Source: Thermoplasmata archaeon | GTDB taxonomy: Archaea; Thermoplasmatota; Thermoplasmata; GCA-020350865 | Reading direction: 5' to 3' | DNA length: 64,000 nucleotides | Assembly (NCBI GenBank): GCA_020348445.1 | Contig: CP070751.1 | Span: 16,832-80,831, forward strand | Part shown: piece by piece, positions 35,151 through 45,108 of the stretch | Position numbering within the stretch: the stretch's first letter is position 1 | Layout of the letters: the number at the start of each line of letters is the position of its first letter | Program-made: the position numbers and the translations under genes | The notes under the pieces: model-generated | What the model was told of the DNA's origin: nothing | The model's input: only the letters and a program-made list of their open reading frames with translations | Databases searched by the model: none

Positions 35151-35279
35151 TTCAACCCGTACATTAAAAAACGATAATCATGTTATTTAATGCTTTTTAT
35201 ATTATATTAATAAAATGATAATGTTATCAATGATCGTTTTTTACCCCCGGGAATCCTTTTTACTGACAGGGAGAAATGC

Positions 35280-35744
35280 CTATTTGTCAAACACGCTTTT
35301 GGCGTACACCATTATTTCAAGACTGTTTAACTCACCAACCAGTGTATTTTCATCATCAATAATGGGAAGATCATTTAAATGATTCTCGACCATGAGTCGC
35401 ACAGCATCCAGCACTTTGTGTCTGTTCGTTATGGTCACTGGTTGTTCCATGATCTCAGACACGTTTTCCTTGAGAACTCCAGAGAGGAACTTGAAGAATG
35501 ATATCATTCCAGTCTCCCTTACACCAACAATATATCCTACATGTTTAAGAAGTGTCTCAATTGTTATGGCTCCTTTGAGTTTTCCTTCTTCGTCAACAAC
35601 GTACACCTTGTGCGATGTGGAATCCTGGGTAATGGCATCCACAGCATCTTTGAGTATGGCATCCTCCTTTACAGTTGCGGGCTTTCCCACCATACTCTCG
35701 TGTATCTCTCCCACGGTAAGGTCCCTAAAATCCTTTTCAACCAT
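35280..35744 (-). CDS. CBS-pair domain protein
   Basis: 154 aa with two CBS motifs (VYVVDEEGKLKGAITIETLL; LPIIDDENTLVGELN). Confidence 0.8.
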   Translation of the reverse strand: MVEKDFRDLTVGEIHESMVGKPATVKEDAILKDAVDAITQDSTSHKVYVVDEEGKLKGAITIETLLKHVGYIVGVRETGMISFFKFLSGVLKENVSEIMEQPVTITNRHKVLDAVRLMVENHLNDLPIIDDENTLVGELNSLEIMVYAKSVFDK

Positions 35745-35755
35745 TCATATCACCC

Positions 35756-37309
35756 CTACTCCTTTTTAACATGAACCACCCTTTGCGGGAACGGTATCTC
35801 GATTCCCGCCTTTTCGAACCTCTTGTAAATCTCGGTGTTGAGGTAGTCGATTACACCCAGCTTGTTATCCCTGTCGTCCACGATAACTTGAATAAAGAAA
35901 TTGATGCTGGATTCACCTAGCTCATCGAATCTTATAATCGGTTTAAGGGCCTCGTCGTCTTTTATAATATGCTCATTTTCTGCAAAAACCTTGTCGAGGA
36001 TTTTTCTGACCTTTGCAGAATCAGTACCGTATGCCACGCCTATGGTCATCCTGATTCTCACCTTGTCATACGGATTTGAGTAGTTAATTATCTTGTCCCC
36101 TGCGAGTTTGTTGTTTGGAATGCTGATTAGGCTGGCGTCCTTGTATCGGAACAAGCGCGTGCTTCTCAGGCCGATGTCTCGAACTTCATACCAATCGCCA
36201 TCTGGTAGGATTATTGTATCCCCCTCTACAAATGGGCGGTCAGTAAGAATAAATATCCCAGAGAAGAAATTTGATAGGGTTTCCTGGGCTGCAAATGCTA
36301 TGACCATGCTGATGACCACTCCACCAGCTACGAACATTGTCAAATCTATATTCATATATCCAAGTAGGTATCCCAAGGCCAGTAAACCTATTATCACAAC
36401 ACCGATCTTCTCGACTATTGGAATGATCACATTGTCGATGTTGGAGGCTGTCTTCTCTGCGATTACTTGCCCATAGTACACTAGAATATCTTTAAACAGT
36501 TTGTAGGCCACGTAAAATAATATTAGAACAGCTGCTATTCCATAAAGAGCATTTAATATATCAATAACCACAGAAGGGATTATATCTTCCAGGATAACCA
36601 GGGATGAGACAAAACCGTAGAAGAAAACCAAGATTAGAAGTGGAGTCCTTATGATCCTCAGAACTATATCGTCGATCTCGGTTTTGGTTTTCAATGTAAA
36701 TGCTTTTACGCATGGATCCAAAAGGAACACAAGAATAAGGGAACCAATGAGCCAAAAGATCACTGTAAGAAGAAATATGCCCCATTCGTTGTCCAGGGGA
36801 GAAGGCAGTGGATTTTCAAACCAGCCAAGGACCTTCTCTTCTTCAGGTTTAATAATATCTTCCAATGATGTTAATGTGTACTTTTCATCCTCAAATACTT
36901 TCGATGCATTATGCGTAATTGTGAAAGTCAAAGTCACATTTGTCTTTCCCTCGTCTTTGTTTGAGGGGGCTGTCACAGTCAATGTAACCATTTTCCATTC
37001 CGTGGATCCAATTGTGAAAGGGGATTGAGGTTCGATTGTTGCCTCCCAATCGCTATTGCTATTGTCAATAATTATGGCAACATCGTATGTTAAATCATCA
37101 GGATCTATATTATGTAAAGTCCAGTTGTAGGTTGTTGCTTCTCCTGAGGAAATCTCTCTCGAATATCCTTTGATTCTGTCGGAATCTTCGATTGTAACAA
37201 CTTCATTGTCCGCTGTTGCACAAAATGCAAAAAAGGTCAATTGTAACAACATAATTATTAGAGTAATTAACAAGGTTCTTTTAATTAGCTGTTTCTTTCG
37301 AATTTGCAT
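35756..37309 (-). CDS. MscS-family mechanosensitive channel with large N-terminal extracellular domain
   Basis: C-terminal MscS beta domain (PFVEGDTIILPDGDWYEVRDIGLRSTRL). Start ATG 37309 after AGGGGGAG. Confidence 0.8.
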   Translation of the reverse strand: MQIRKKQLIKRTLLITLIIMLLQLTFFAFCATADNEVVTIEDSDRIKGYSREISSGEATTYNWTLHNIDPDDLTYDVAIIIDNSNSDWEATIEPQSPFTIGSTEWKMVTLTVTAPSNKDEGKTNVTLTFTITHNASKVFEDEKYTLTSLEDIIKPEEEKVLGWFENPLPSPLDNEWGIFLLTVIFWLIGSLILVFLLDPCVKAFTLKTKTEIDDIVLRIIRTPLLILVFFYGFVSSLVILEDIIPSVVIDILNALYGIAAVLILFYVAYKLFKDILVYYGQVIAEKTASNIDNVIIPIVEKIGVVIIGLLALGYLLGYMNIDLTMFVAGGVVISMVIAFAAQETLSNFFSGIFILTDRPFVEGDTIILPDGDWYEVRDIGLRSTRLFRYKDASLISIPNNKLAGDKIINYSNPYDKVRIRMTIGVAYGTDSAKVRKILDKVFAENEHIIKDDEALKPIIRFDELGESSINFFIQVIVDDRDNKLGVIDYLNTEIYKRFEKAGIEIPFPQRVVHVKKE

Positions 37310-37464
37310 AACGTCTCTCCCCCTATCTCTCACCTGTAAAAGCAATTGTCATATGTATATCTTTCTATTCCGATTGGTTATGAGTATTTAGACATGTTAT
37401 CATTCGGAAAGGATGTGAAAAAGTATGATATTCTCATTAATAAATGAACCTTATTATGATATCA

Positions 37465-40215
37465 CTACTTTTTTTTCATTCTTTTCTTTTCTTGTGCTAT
37501 TCCTAAAAGCATCTTTGCCTCTTCACGTAGATGTGGGGGGGCTTTTTCGAGTAACTCTTCAGCTTTCCTTGAGGATTTTACTTTAGTTTCAATATATTTC
37601 GCTACTAGATTTACAGGTTCGAATGATGGATATATTTTCTCATCTTCAGAGAAATCCTTTTCAAAGCATTCAAGGATTTCAAGAGTTTCCCAGATGAGAG
37701 TGGTTTTTCCCAAGTGGATAAAATTTTGAAAAAGAGTAAGTAAAAGTTGAACACCTAACTGGGTTGAAACTCCAGGTTTTCTAAGGTTTTCAAGTAAGGA
37801 TTCTAATTCTTCTCGAAAGTTAAAAGATGAGTTACTAACAATGAGGGTTTGAATCTTATTCGTCTTGACGATAGATGCTATGACCCAGTCATCTTTTTCA
37901 GTTAAGAGAACCAATGCTTTATCATATGCTTCCATTGCTTCTTTATGTCTTCCGAGGTGAAAGAGTATATTACCTTTGTTGTTCCAAGCATTGGCATATT
38001 TTGAATTGATTTTCAATGCTTTATCACATGCCTTAAGTGCTTTTTGATACTTTTTTAAGATAAAGAGAGTATTGCATTTGTTGTTCCATGCTTTTTCAAA
38101 ATTTGGATTAATTTTCAAGGCCATCTCGAACACTTCTAAAGCCTTTTGGAGCCTTCCTAGTTCTTTAAGAGCAATGCCTTTATTGTTCCAAGCTTCAACT
38201 AGTTTTGGATTGATATCCAGGGCTTTTTCACAGGCCTCTAGACCTTTTAAAGGTTTTCCAAGATTCGTGAGAGCGAGGCCTTTATTGTTCCATGCCTCCG
38301 ATAAATTGGGGTTGATTTCTAGAGCTTTTTCACAGGCTTCTAAAGCTTCAAGGTGCCTTCCAAGTTTGATAAGAGCATTGCCTTTGTTATTCCATGCTTC
38401 TGCGAGATTTGGATTGATTTTTAGGGCTTTTTCACAAACCTTTAGACCTTCCTTGAATCTTCCAAGGTATATAAGAGTGAGGCTTTTATTGTTCCATGCG
38501 ATAAACAAATCAGGATCGATATCAATAGCTTTATTATAACTATCCAAGGCTTCCCTTAGTTTCCCTAAAAGACCAAGAGTGACACCTTTGTTGTACCATA
38601 TAAGGGCATTATCAGGCTTAATCTTTAAAGCTTTATCAATTGCTTTTAATGCATCTTGGTATCTTTTAAGATAACCGAGAGTACTGCCTTTATTCACCCA
38701 TGCTATAATATCATCTGGATTGATTTTTAAGGCTTTATTATATGCATCAAGAGCTTCTCGATGCCTTCCTCGGTTAAGATTAATCTCACCTATATTACGC
38801 CATCCACTAGCTTCAACTTCCCTATCTTTCTTTCTCTTTGCAGCTCTTATAGCTTTTTCAAAAACACCTAAAGCTTTATCAAGTTTTCCTTCTTCTACTA
38901 AAGTCATTCCCAATGTCATGGCCGCGGAGACATATTCCTCCTTTAGACTTTCAAAAGCACGTCTTATGGGAACTGAAGCCATGTCAGGGTCTGTTAAACC
39001 GCCGAATCGTTCTACAAATTCTTCTATAGTATAATATGCATGGATAAATTCCAGAATATACTTACCCTCAAATGTAGCATCCTTGACATGAGTTTTTAGG
39101 TACCATATACCAAAAATAGGATTGCTCAGGCGGTGGAATACCTTACGACCTTCCTTATGATGAACTGTAAGGAATCCTTTCTTCTTCAATTTGGAAAATA
39201 AAGCTCTATTTCGGCCCCGCTCATTCTCAGATCCATTCTCAAAGATATCCTCAAATGAAAAGTTAGCTTTAGTCATATTTGGTGAAAGGTTACGCACTAT
39301 CTGACCAAAAACGTAACGCTCTTGCGAACTGAGTCCTGCATCGATTCCTTCAAAATAAGGTGATAGGCGATCTAACATAGAATCAAACGACTTTGCGATG
39401 TCCTGAGGCTCCTCTAAAAGGAGCACCTCATACAATGAGACACCAAGCCGAGGATACCCAGAGGTTAGATGATGCATAGATCTGATTTTTATCGATATTT
39501 CTTTTCTCAATTTTCCATTGTCATCTAAGAGGGTCTCTCCATCATAAAACCTAGCCATTCTTTCCATCATATCTAGGAAATCTTTCTCGTTCAGAGGTTT
39601 TACATCGTGTACTTTGAAAAATGCCCAGAAACGAGATTTGTACTTCCATATTGACTTTGGTATTTCGGTTGCTGTTCCAATTAAAAGGATGTTACTATGG
39701 TTCTCAAGGAAGGCTCTCATTCCTTCAAAACCTTTATCACGCGGCCGCATTTCCATCAATTCTTGGAGATTTTCCATCATTAAAACAATTTTCTTTTTAT
39801 ATAACTTCTCAAACCGTTTCTCAACTATTTCTAATTTTTCTTCAAAATATACTGCCGGTGTCTTTTCAATAGGGAGGTTAAGTAGGCGATAAAGTTCCGT
39901 CGTAATACGTAAAAGGATATCGCTTAAATCTTGAGCATCATGAACGCATTTGTAATCAGTGAATAACAGCGGGATAATAGACTGTTTTTTGTTATATCGT
40001 TTGTATATTTTTTTTTCAAAAAAACGTAAAAGAGCACTCTTTCCAACCCCACGTTCTCCAACCAGTAAAAGATGATTTCGAGAATCATTCTTTATAAATT
40101 TGTTAACAGCGTTTTCCATAATTTTCAAAAGTTCCTCTCTGTCAGTGAATATATCATTAAGCTCAGCTGGGGAAAGCGCATCAGGATCAAAAAGTGGAGG
40201 GCTTCTCTTTACCAT
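37465..40215 (-). CDS. AAA+/ORC-Cdc6-like ATPase with wHTH and long C-terminal TPR array
   Basis: Walker A GERGVGKSALL, Walker B-like VLMMENLQEL, and about 10 near-identical TPRs (AWNNKG.AL..LGR..EAL....KAL.INP). Start ATG 40215 with SD AGGAGG, 4 nt after the upstream stop. Confidence 0.75.
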   Translation of the reverse strand: MVKRSPPLFDPDALSPAELNDIFTDREELLKIMENAVNKFIKNDSRNHLLLVGERGVGKSALLRFFEKKIYKRYNKKQSIIPLLFTDYKCVHDAQDLSDILLRITTELYRLLNLPIEKTPAVYFEEKLEIVEKRFEKLYKKKIVLMMENLQELMEMRPRDKGFEGMRAFLENHSNILLIGTATEIPKSIWKYKSRFWAFFKVHDVKPLNEKDFLDMMERMARFYDGETLLDDNGKLRKEISIKIRSMHHLTSGYPRLGVSLYEVLLLEEPQDIAKSFDSMLDRLSPYFEGIDAGLSSQERYVFGQIVRNLSPNMTKANFSFEDIFENGSENERGRNRALFSKLKKKGFLTVHHKEGRKVFHRLSNPIFGIWYLKTHVKDATFEGKYILEFIHAYYTIEEFVERFGGLTDPDMASVPIRRAFESLKEEYVSAAMTLGMTLVEEGKLDKALGVFEKAIRAAKRKKDREVEASGWRNIGEINLNRGRHREALDAYNKALKINPDDIIAWVNKGSTLGYLKRYQDALKAIDKALKIKPDNALIWYNKGVTLGLLGKLREALDSYNKAIDIDPDLFIAWNNKSLTLIYLGRFKEGLKVCEKALKINPNLAEAWNNKGNALIKLGRHLEALEACEKALEINPNLSEAWNNKGLALTNLGKPLKGLEACEKALDINPKLVEAWNNKGIALKELGRLQKALEVFEMALKINPNFEKAWNNKCNTLFILKKYQKALKACDKALKINSKYANAWNNKGNILFHLGRHKEAMEAYDKALVLLTEKDDWVIASIVKTNKIQTLIVSNSSFNFREELESLLENLRKPGVSTQLGVQLLLTLFQNFIHLGKTTLIWETLEILECFEKDFSEDEKIYPSFEPVNLVAKYIETKVKSSRKAEELLEKAPPHLREEAKMLLGIAQEKKRMKKK

Positions 40216-40219
40216 TTTA

Positions 40220-41377
40220 TTAATCCCTCCTTTCTTCCAGTTCACCCTCAAGTGGATGTAATCTTGACCACACATCCCCAAGAAATTTCAAGTAAGAGAT
40301 ATAATTATCCCCAGAACTCTTGATTAGATAGTTATCACTAAGAGTATTAAGGATTGTTTCTATCCCCTGGTCCTTAAACGAAGAAATGATAACAGGTGTG
40401 ATTTCGCCCATTAAGAGTATTCTGGTTACTAATTGTGTCCTATTTCTAGAGAGAGTTCCAGTGCGAGTTAAATCTCCCTCGATTAAGTGAATATATCCAA
40501 TAAGGTCTTGAAGAGGACCACCTCCGGTACTTCTTCTATTATATACATCGACAACCTGTTGAAGACATCCATCATAAATCTCTTTTATAACTTCTTCAAG
40601 TTTTATTTTTTTCTGCGGATCGATATCGACATTAACCTTATCATTGCTTATTTCATTAGTAATTATCTTCTGCCAATCCTCGCTAGATCTAAAATGAGAT
40701 CGAACTGTATGGGTTATGAATCGATCTAGAAATAAAGGGAAAAGCGAGTCTTTTCCAAAGCACATAGTAATTGATTCTGTTAGGACCGATAAAATACCAT
40801 CTGGTAGAGTCTGACCATTCCCTAAGAAACATTCTTTTATAAAACCCTGTGCTGTATCTTCATCGAATGGTTCAACATATAGTGGAACGAACATGGCTCG
40901 AATTTTATATGCTTTTTTATAATTTTCTAGTATCTTATCAAAACCAATTGAGCCACATATTATCATTTGTATTCCTAGTTTATCTGGTATCCATAGGAGA
41001 CCATCGAGAAATTCATGTCTTTCTTCTTCGGTCATTTTATCCAAAGAATCGGATAGTTCATCAATTATAATTATACAATCAGTGTTTTTTCTTTTTAAAA
41101 ATTCATAGACCTCATACATTACTTCTACCCAAGAATCTTCTGGTGCTTCACGGGGTGTATTTACATGAAATAATCGCTTCATACTGTTCGCAATAGTAAC
41201 CGGGGAGCTTACACCTGTAGTTTCACAATTAAAATAATAAAACTTGGTCTCTAATCGATCATTAAGATTTTCAAGGATTGTTGTCTTTCCTACTTTTCTT
41301 GGACCACAAACTTGAATATGTCTTCCTTCACTTAGAAGCTTTTCAATAGCTTTTACATCTTTTTCCCTATCATACAT
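40220..41377 (-). CDS. archaeal-type ATPase (COG1672/Arch_ATPase-like) with C-terminal wHTH-like region
   Basis: Walker A CGPRKVGKTT, Walker B IIIIDELSD. Confidence 0.7.
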   Translation of the reverse strand: MYDREKDVKAIEKLLSEGRHIQVCGPRKVGKTTILENLNDRLETKFYYFNCETTGVSSPVTIANSMKRLFHVNTPREAPEDSWVEVMYEVYEFLKRKNTDCIIIIDELSDSLDKMTEEERHEFLDGLLWIPDKLGIQMIICGSIGFDKILENYKKAYKIRAMFVPLYVEPFDEDTAQGFIKECFLGNGQTLPDGILSVLTESITMCFGKDSLFPLFLDRFITHTVRSHFRSSEDWQKIITNEISNDKVNVDIDPQKKIKLEEVIKEIYDGCLQQVVDVYNRRSTGGGPLQDLIGYIHLIEGDLTRTGTLSRNRTQLVTRILLMGEITPVIISSFKDQGIETILNTLSDNYLIKSSGDNYISYLKFLGDVWSRLHPLEGELEERRD

Positions 41378-41546
41378 CTATTTCACCATTTTAATACATG
41401 CCCATTCAAGATTCTTTGTAATATATATAGTAATTATTCAACGAAGATATTTCGCAGCTTATTTGTTTCGAAACACTTTCGTTTCGTAATATATTCGTTT
41501 CTGGGTATATAAAGGTTTCTATAGGCGGGGTAAGCTCTATTAGACG

Positions 41547-42416
41547 TTATTCCAATATCTTTCCTTCGTATAACTCCTTTCTTCTCGCTTCAAACATATC
41601 GTTTTTTTCCCCGGCGAACTCTGCAATGGTCATTATCTTCACTTTTTTCTTTTTCGCCTGTGCAAATACCCTCTTAATCTGCTCTTTCCACCCAAGGTCC
41701 CTTAAAAGATGGTGGTCCAAAACAAATTTCTTGACCTTGGTTTCTCTGATTATGCGGTTTATGTTTCTTACGCTTTTCTTTAGGTTCTTTTTTGAATATC
41801 TAAATCCCAGCATGTAGGTCATGGGACCATCGCAGAATATCACCTTTGGCCTTTCATCCAATATGAACTGAAGCTGGTCCTTAAGAGAAGGCCCTTGAAC
41901 ATCGGATGTGTACACAAATCTATCTCTGCCCTCTATCACACATACCTCGGTTACATAACCGAGTTTGGTATTTGTCCCGTGGGGCACGGCTTCGGAAAAT
42001 CTTATGGTTGTCTTTCCAAATGAGAATTCGTTTCCGTCGGAAAACTCGATTTCTTTGGGTAATTCTCCCAACTGGTTAAGGAAGTATCTGGCCCTTTTCT
42101 TCTGACTTTTATTGATGTTCTCCTTGGGGTGTTTTGTGAAGAGAATCTTGTTTTTGAAAACACCGGGCTCATCAGGGTCGTGATGATCGTAGTGGTAGTG
42201 GGTGACTATTAATACCTTGGCCTTTTTTGCATAGCGTTTGATCTTCTTCCAGTCTTCGTCCATTCTTTCCCATTCTAATGGATGAGGTTCAAGACCGTAC
42301 CTGTACGGCCCCAGAGCCACCCCGGGATCGATTAATACCTTGGTGTCCTTGGTTTCAATGAAAGTGGCCATGCTTCTTGTTCCCATACTGTCGCTGGCAA
42401 GCGGAGTTATCTTCAT
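41547..42416 (-). CDS. metallo-beta-lactamase-fold hydrolase (UPF0282-like)
   Basis: MKITPLASDSMGTRSMATFIETKD...VTHYHYDHHD. Confidence 0.75.
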   Translation of the reverse strand: MKITPLASDSMGTRSMATFIETKDTKVLIDPGVALGPYRYGLEPHPLEWERMDEDWKKIKRYAKKAKVLIVTHYHYDHHDPDEPGVFKNKILFTKHPKENINKSQKKRARYFLNQLGELPKEIEFSDGNEFSFGKTTIRFSEAVPHGTNTKLGYVTEVCVIEGRDRFVYTSDVQGPSLKDQLQFILDERPKVIFCDGPMTYMLGFRYSKKNLKKSVRNINRIIRETKVKKFVLDHHLLRDLGWKEQIKRVFAQAKKKKVKIMTIAEFAGEKNDMFEARRKELYEGKILE

Positions 42417-42463
42417 CTCGCCTCCCGCCCCTTATATGTTGGAAAATATTATAAAAGAAGAAA

Positions 42464-43087
42464 TTAACTGACTACCTTTCCAAAGGCTATTGTACCTGAG
42501 ACATTCTCTATCTGAACCTTGACCTTTGCCCCCTTTGCTGTACCAGGGACATAGATGATATAACCTCCCCTTTTGGCCATACCATCCCCCTTTCTCCCCA
42601 CATCCTGGATCATTAGCTCGTAGACCTTGCCGACCTCCAACACAGCTTGAGGCTCCGGACCTCTGCTTCCCTTCCTCACCTTTACTGGCCTGTGGGCACC
42701 GCATGCATCACACTCGAGAATCAAGGTCCTGCCGTCCTTTACAAGCTTGGTATCTGGTCTTTCGCATTCTGAGCAAAGGACGTACGTGGAAACGTAAGAA
42801 TCGATCCTGTCCTTTATCTGATCAGCCTGCACCTTTCCTTTGAAAATCACCCTCTTGCCATCGCTGGAGCCAGCAGTTCCCAATTCCTTGAGCAGGTAGG
42901 CGAGGATATCAGCCGGATCTCGGTTGACTGCACTTGCTATATCTGCAAAATTTCGAAGCACTGTTGTCTTTCCTTCGATTAGTACATCCACTTCCGGCAC
43001 TTGAAACCTCGAATGCTCTGTTATTGCCGAAGGAAGTTTGTCCCTTGCCCTTTTGAGCAAGGTCTTGTAATCGTATTGTTCTGACAT
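42464..43087 (-). CDS. eif2b: translation initiation factor aIF-2 beta subunit with C-terminal TRAM domain
   Basis: Start MSEQYDYKTLLKRARDKLP. Zinc ribbon CSECERPDT...CDACG. The extra about 65 aa (VGKVYELMIQDVGRKGDGMAKRGGYIIYVPGTAKGAKVKVQIENVSGTIAFGKVV) look TRAM-like. The track start adds 41 codons. Confidence 0.85.
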   Translation of the reverse strand: MSEQYDYKTLLKRARDKLPSAITEHSRFQVPEVDVLIEGKTTVLRNFADIASAVNRDPADILAYLLKELGTAGSSDGKRVIFKGKVQADQIKDRIDSYVSTYVLCSECERPDTKLVKDGRTLILECDACGAHRPVKVRKGSRGPEPQAVLEVGKVYELMIQDVGRKGDGMAKRGGYIIYVPGTAKGAKVKVQIENVSGTIAFGKVVS

Positions 43088-43327
43088 GTTGATTATGGAA
43101 AGGAAAAAACCACTTATAAAACCTTTGGTTTCTTTTATTAATAGGGGGATAGAGGGAGTATGAAGACCTAAGGTATCAAAATAAGTTAGACTGCTAAGAT
43201 TTACATTCAAATCAGATACTCAAATAGTTGAGGAAATTATTATTCATGGCTTCATTGAGGAAATCTTTAAATATCAGGAGTATAAATACTCCTTAAGGAG
43301 TGCTTAGGCTCCTTGGAGTGAATATGA

Positions 43328-43564
43328 ATGCCGAAAGTGAACATCACCCTTAACCAGGATATTTGGGAATGGTGGAAGGCCAATAGATGGATCAACCTGT
43401 CACAGCTTTTGGAAAAGGAGCTGTGGCGGATCAGGCGCATGGAAGAGATTCATCAAGGAGCCAGGGACATAGGGATGGGGAACTGTCCAAAATGTGGTAA
43501 TTCCAAACTCAAGTTCATAGACGGTGTAAGCTACAAATGCACCAAGTGCGGATCCATTATATGA
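43328..43564 (+). CDS. small RHH-like plus zinc-ribbon protein
   Basis: 78 aa. KVNITLNQDIWEWWK strand-helix start. C-terminus CPKCG...CTKCG. Confidence 0.5.
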   Translation: MPKVNITLNQDIWEWWKANRWINLSQLLEKELWRIRRMEEIHQGARDIGMGNCPKCGNSKLKFIDGVSYKCTKCGSII

Positions 43565-43587
43565 TATTAAAAAAAGGAGTGGTATAG

Positions 43588-43902
43588 ATGTTGATAACAA
43601 CAACAGAAGAAGTGCCAGATAAAGAAATCAAAGATATATTGGGAGTGGTCTTTGGCAGCTGTGTGCAGACCAAGCATCTTGGAAAGGATATTGGTGCAGG
43701 ATTGCGCTCGGTGGTTGGAGGCGAAGCCAAAGGATATACTGAGATGATGGAGGAGTCCCGTCGCACGGCAACTGAACGTATGATCAAGCAGGCCATGGCT
43801 CTGGGAGCCAACGCTATCATCACCATGCGGTACATGACGGCCCAGACCATGCGGGGAGCCGCCGAGATCATTGCATTCGGTACCGCCGTAAGAGTGACCT
43901 GA
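43588..43902 (+). CDS. YbjQ/UPF0145 family protein
   Basis: 104 aa. LGVVFGSCVQTKHLGKDIGAGLRSVVGGE...ANAIITMRY. Confidence 0.8.
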   Translation: MLITTTEEVPDKEIKDILGVVFGSCVQTKHLGKDIGAGLRSVVGGEAKGYTEMMEESRRTATERMIKQAMALGANAIITMRYMTAQTMRGAAEIIAFGTAVRVT

Positions 43903-43914
43903 GGTGGAATTGGC

Positions 43915-44424
43915 ATGTCCAATGACTCTTCCGCCCTTGGTTTTTTGATATCTATGGTGTTACTCAGCGTGGTCCTTGCATTAATATTCTTTTTTTACGT
44001 TGATCCCCTGTGGACCGCGATAATAATTATATTTTGGATGGTGTTGTTCGCTTCGATTCTCGCATACGACAGCCGCCACTGGGGACGGCCCGGGCTCGAT
44101 ACCCTTGGAGTGCAGCTATCCTCTCGGACCCGAAAACTTGAGCTGGGCGAATACTCAATCGAAGGAATGGTGATGGGTACCTGCGTTAAGGCCCGCAATA
44201 TGTTCTCGGCTGCCAGGGCCGAGGCAAGATCACTTATTGGTGGCGAGGCCACTCAGTTCACTTCATTGGTGGACGAGTGCCGCAACATCGCACTGATGCG
44301 GATGTGTCGCAAGGCCAAGGACATGGGTTGCAACGGAGTTGTGGGATTTCGAATGATCACAGCAGAAACCCTTTGGGGGGCAACTGAGATTATCGCGTTC
44401 GGGACTGCTGTTAAGATCAAGTAG
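43915..44424 (+). CDS. membrane-anchored YbjQ/UPF0145 domain protein
   Basis: Two N-terminal TM helices followed by a YbjQ domain (GMVMGTCVKARNMFSAARAEARSLIGGE...CNGVVGFRM). Confidence 0.7.
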   Translation: MSNDSSALGFLISMVLLSVVLALIFFFYVDPLWTAIIIIFWMVLFASILAYDSRHWGRPGLDTLGVQLSSRTRKLELGEYSIEGMVMGTCVKARNMFSAARAEARSLIGGEATQFTSLVDECRNIALMRMCRKAKDMGCNGVVGFRMITAETLWGATEIIAFGTAVKIK

Positions 44425-44574
44425 TCCAATAGAGTGTGTGAAGTTGATAGGGATGAACGGGCCCCATAAATTCGCATAATTCAAAATTCTAAGTGGTGTT
44501 CAGAATTTCATTTTAATCTATAAGGAATAGAAAGTAAACCTTAAAATAAATCAAAATCCATTCAAAAGATAGTG

Positions 44575-45108
44575 ATGGATATGGAGATAAAAATAGGCAA
44601 CACAACAATTACCCTTCAGCAGGGTGACATCACAGAAATCGAGGCTGATGCCATTGTGAACGCCGCCAACAACCATCTTTGGATGGGAGGGGGTGTTGCA
44701 GGAGCAATAAAAAGAAAAGGTGGTAAAATCATCGAAGATGAGGCAGTGAAATTGGGACCCATACCAATTGGCGAAGCCGTGGCCACCACTGCAGGGAAAT
44801 TGAATGCCAAGTACGTGATTCACGCGGCAGGGATGGGTACAGATCTAAAAACAGATGAGGAAAAAATCCGAAATGCAACCTTAAATTCACTAAAACGCGC
44901 CAACGAGCTTAAGATCAAAAGCATAGCTTTTCCTTCCATTGGCACTGGTGTAGGGGGATTCCCCTTGGATACCGCAGCAGATATCATGCTGAGATGCGCA
45001 ATAGAACATGTGAAAAAAGATACCTCCTTAGAAAACGTTATCTTCGTCCTCTACCAAAAAGATGCGTACAAAATCTTTGAAAATGTGCTGGGATCTTTAA
45101 AACGTTGA
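44575..45108 (+). CDS. Macro domain protein (ADP-ribose binding/hydrolase)
   Basis: GDITEIEADAIVNAANNHLWMGGGVAGAI...FPSIGTGVGGFP. Confidence 0.85.
   Translation: MDMEIKIGNTTITLQQGDITEIEADAIVNAANNHLWMGGGVAGAIKRKGGKIIEDEAVKLGPIPIGEAVATTAGKLNAKYVIHAAGMGTDLKTDEEKIRNATLNSLKRANELKIKSIAFPSIGTGVGGFPLDTAADIMLRCAIEHVKKDTSLENVIFVLYQKDAYKIFENVLGSLKR

Noticed and set aside
43088-43210. 41-codon N-terminal extension of aIF-2 beta
   Set aside because: aIF2-beta homologs start at the MSEQYDYKTLL-type sequence. The extension is hydrophobic and unlike any known aIF2-beta.
43557-44484. Minus-strand ORFs antisense to the two YbjQ genes (43557-43922, 43995-44252, 44253-44477, 44263-44484)
   Set aside because: They are antisense shadows of well-supported plus-strand genes and have no motifs.
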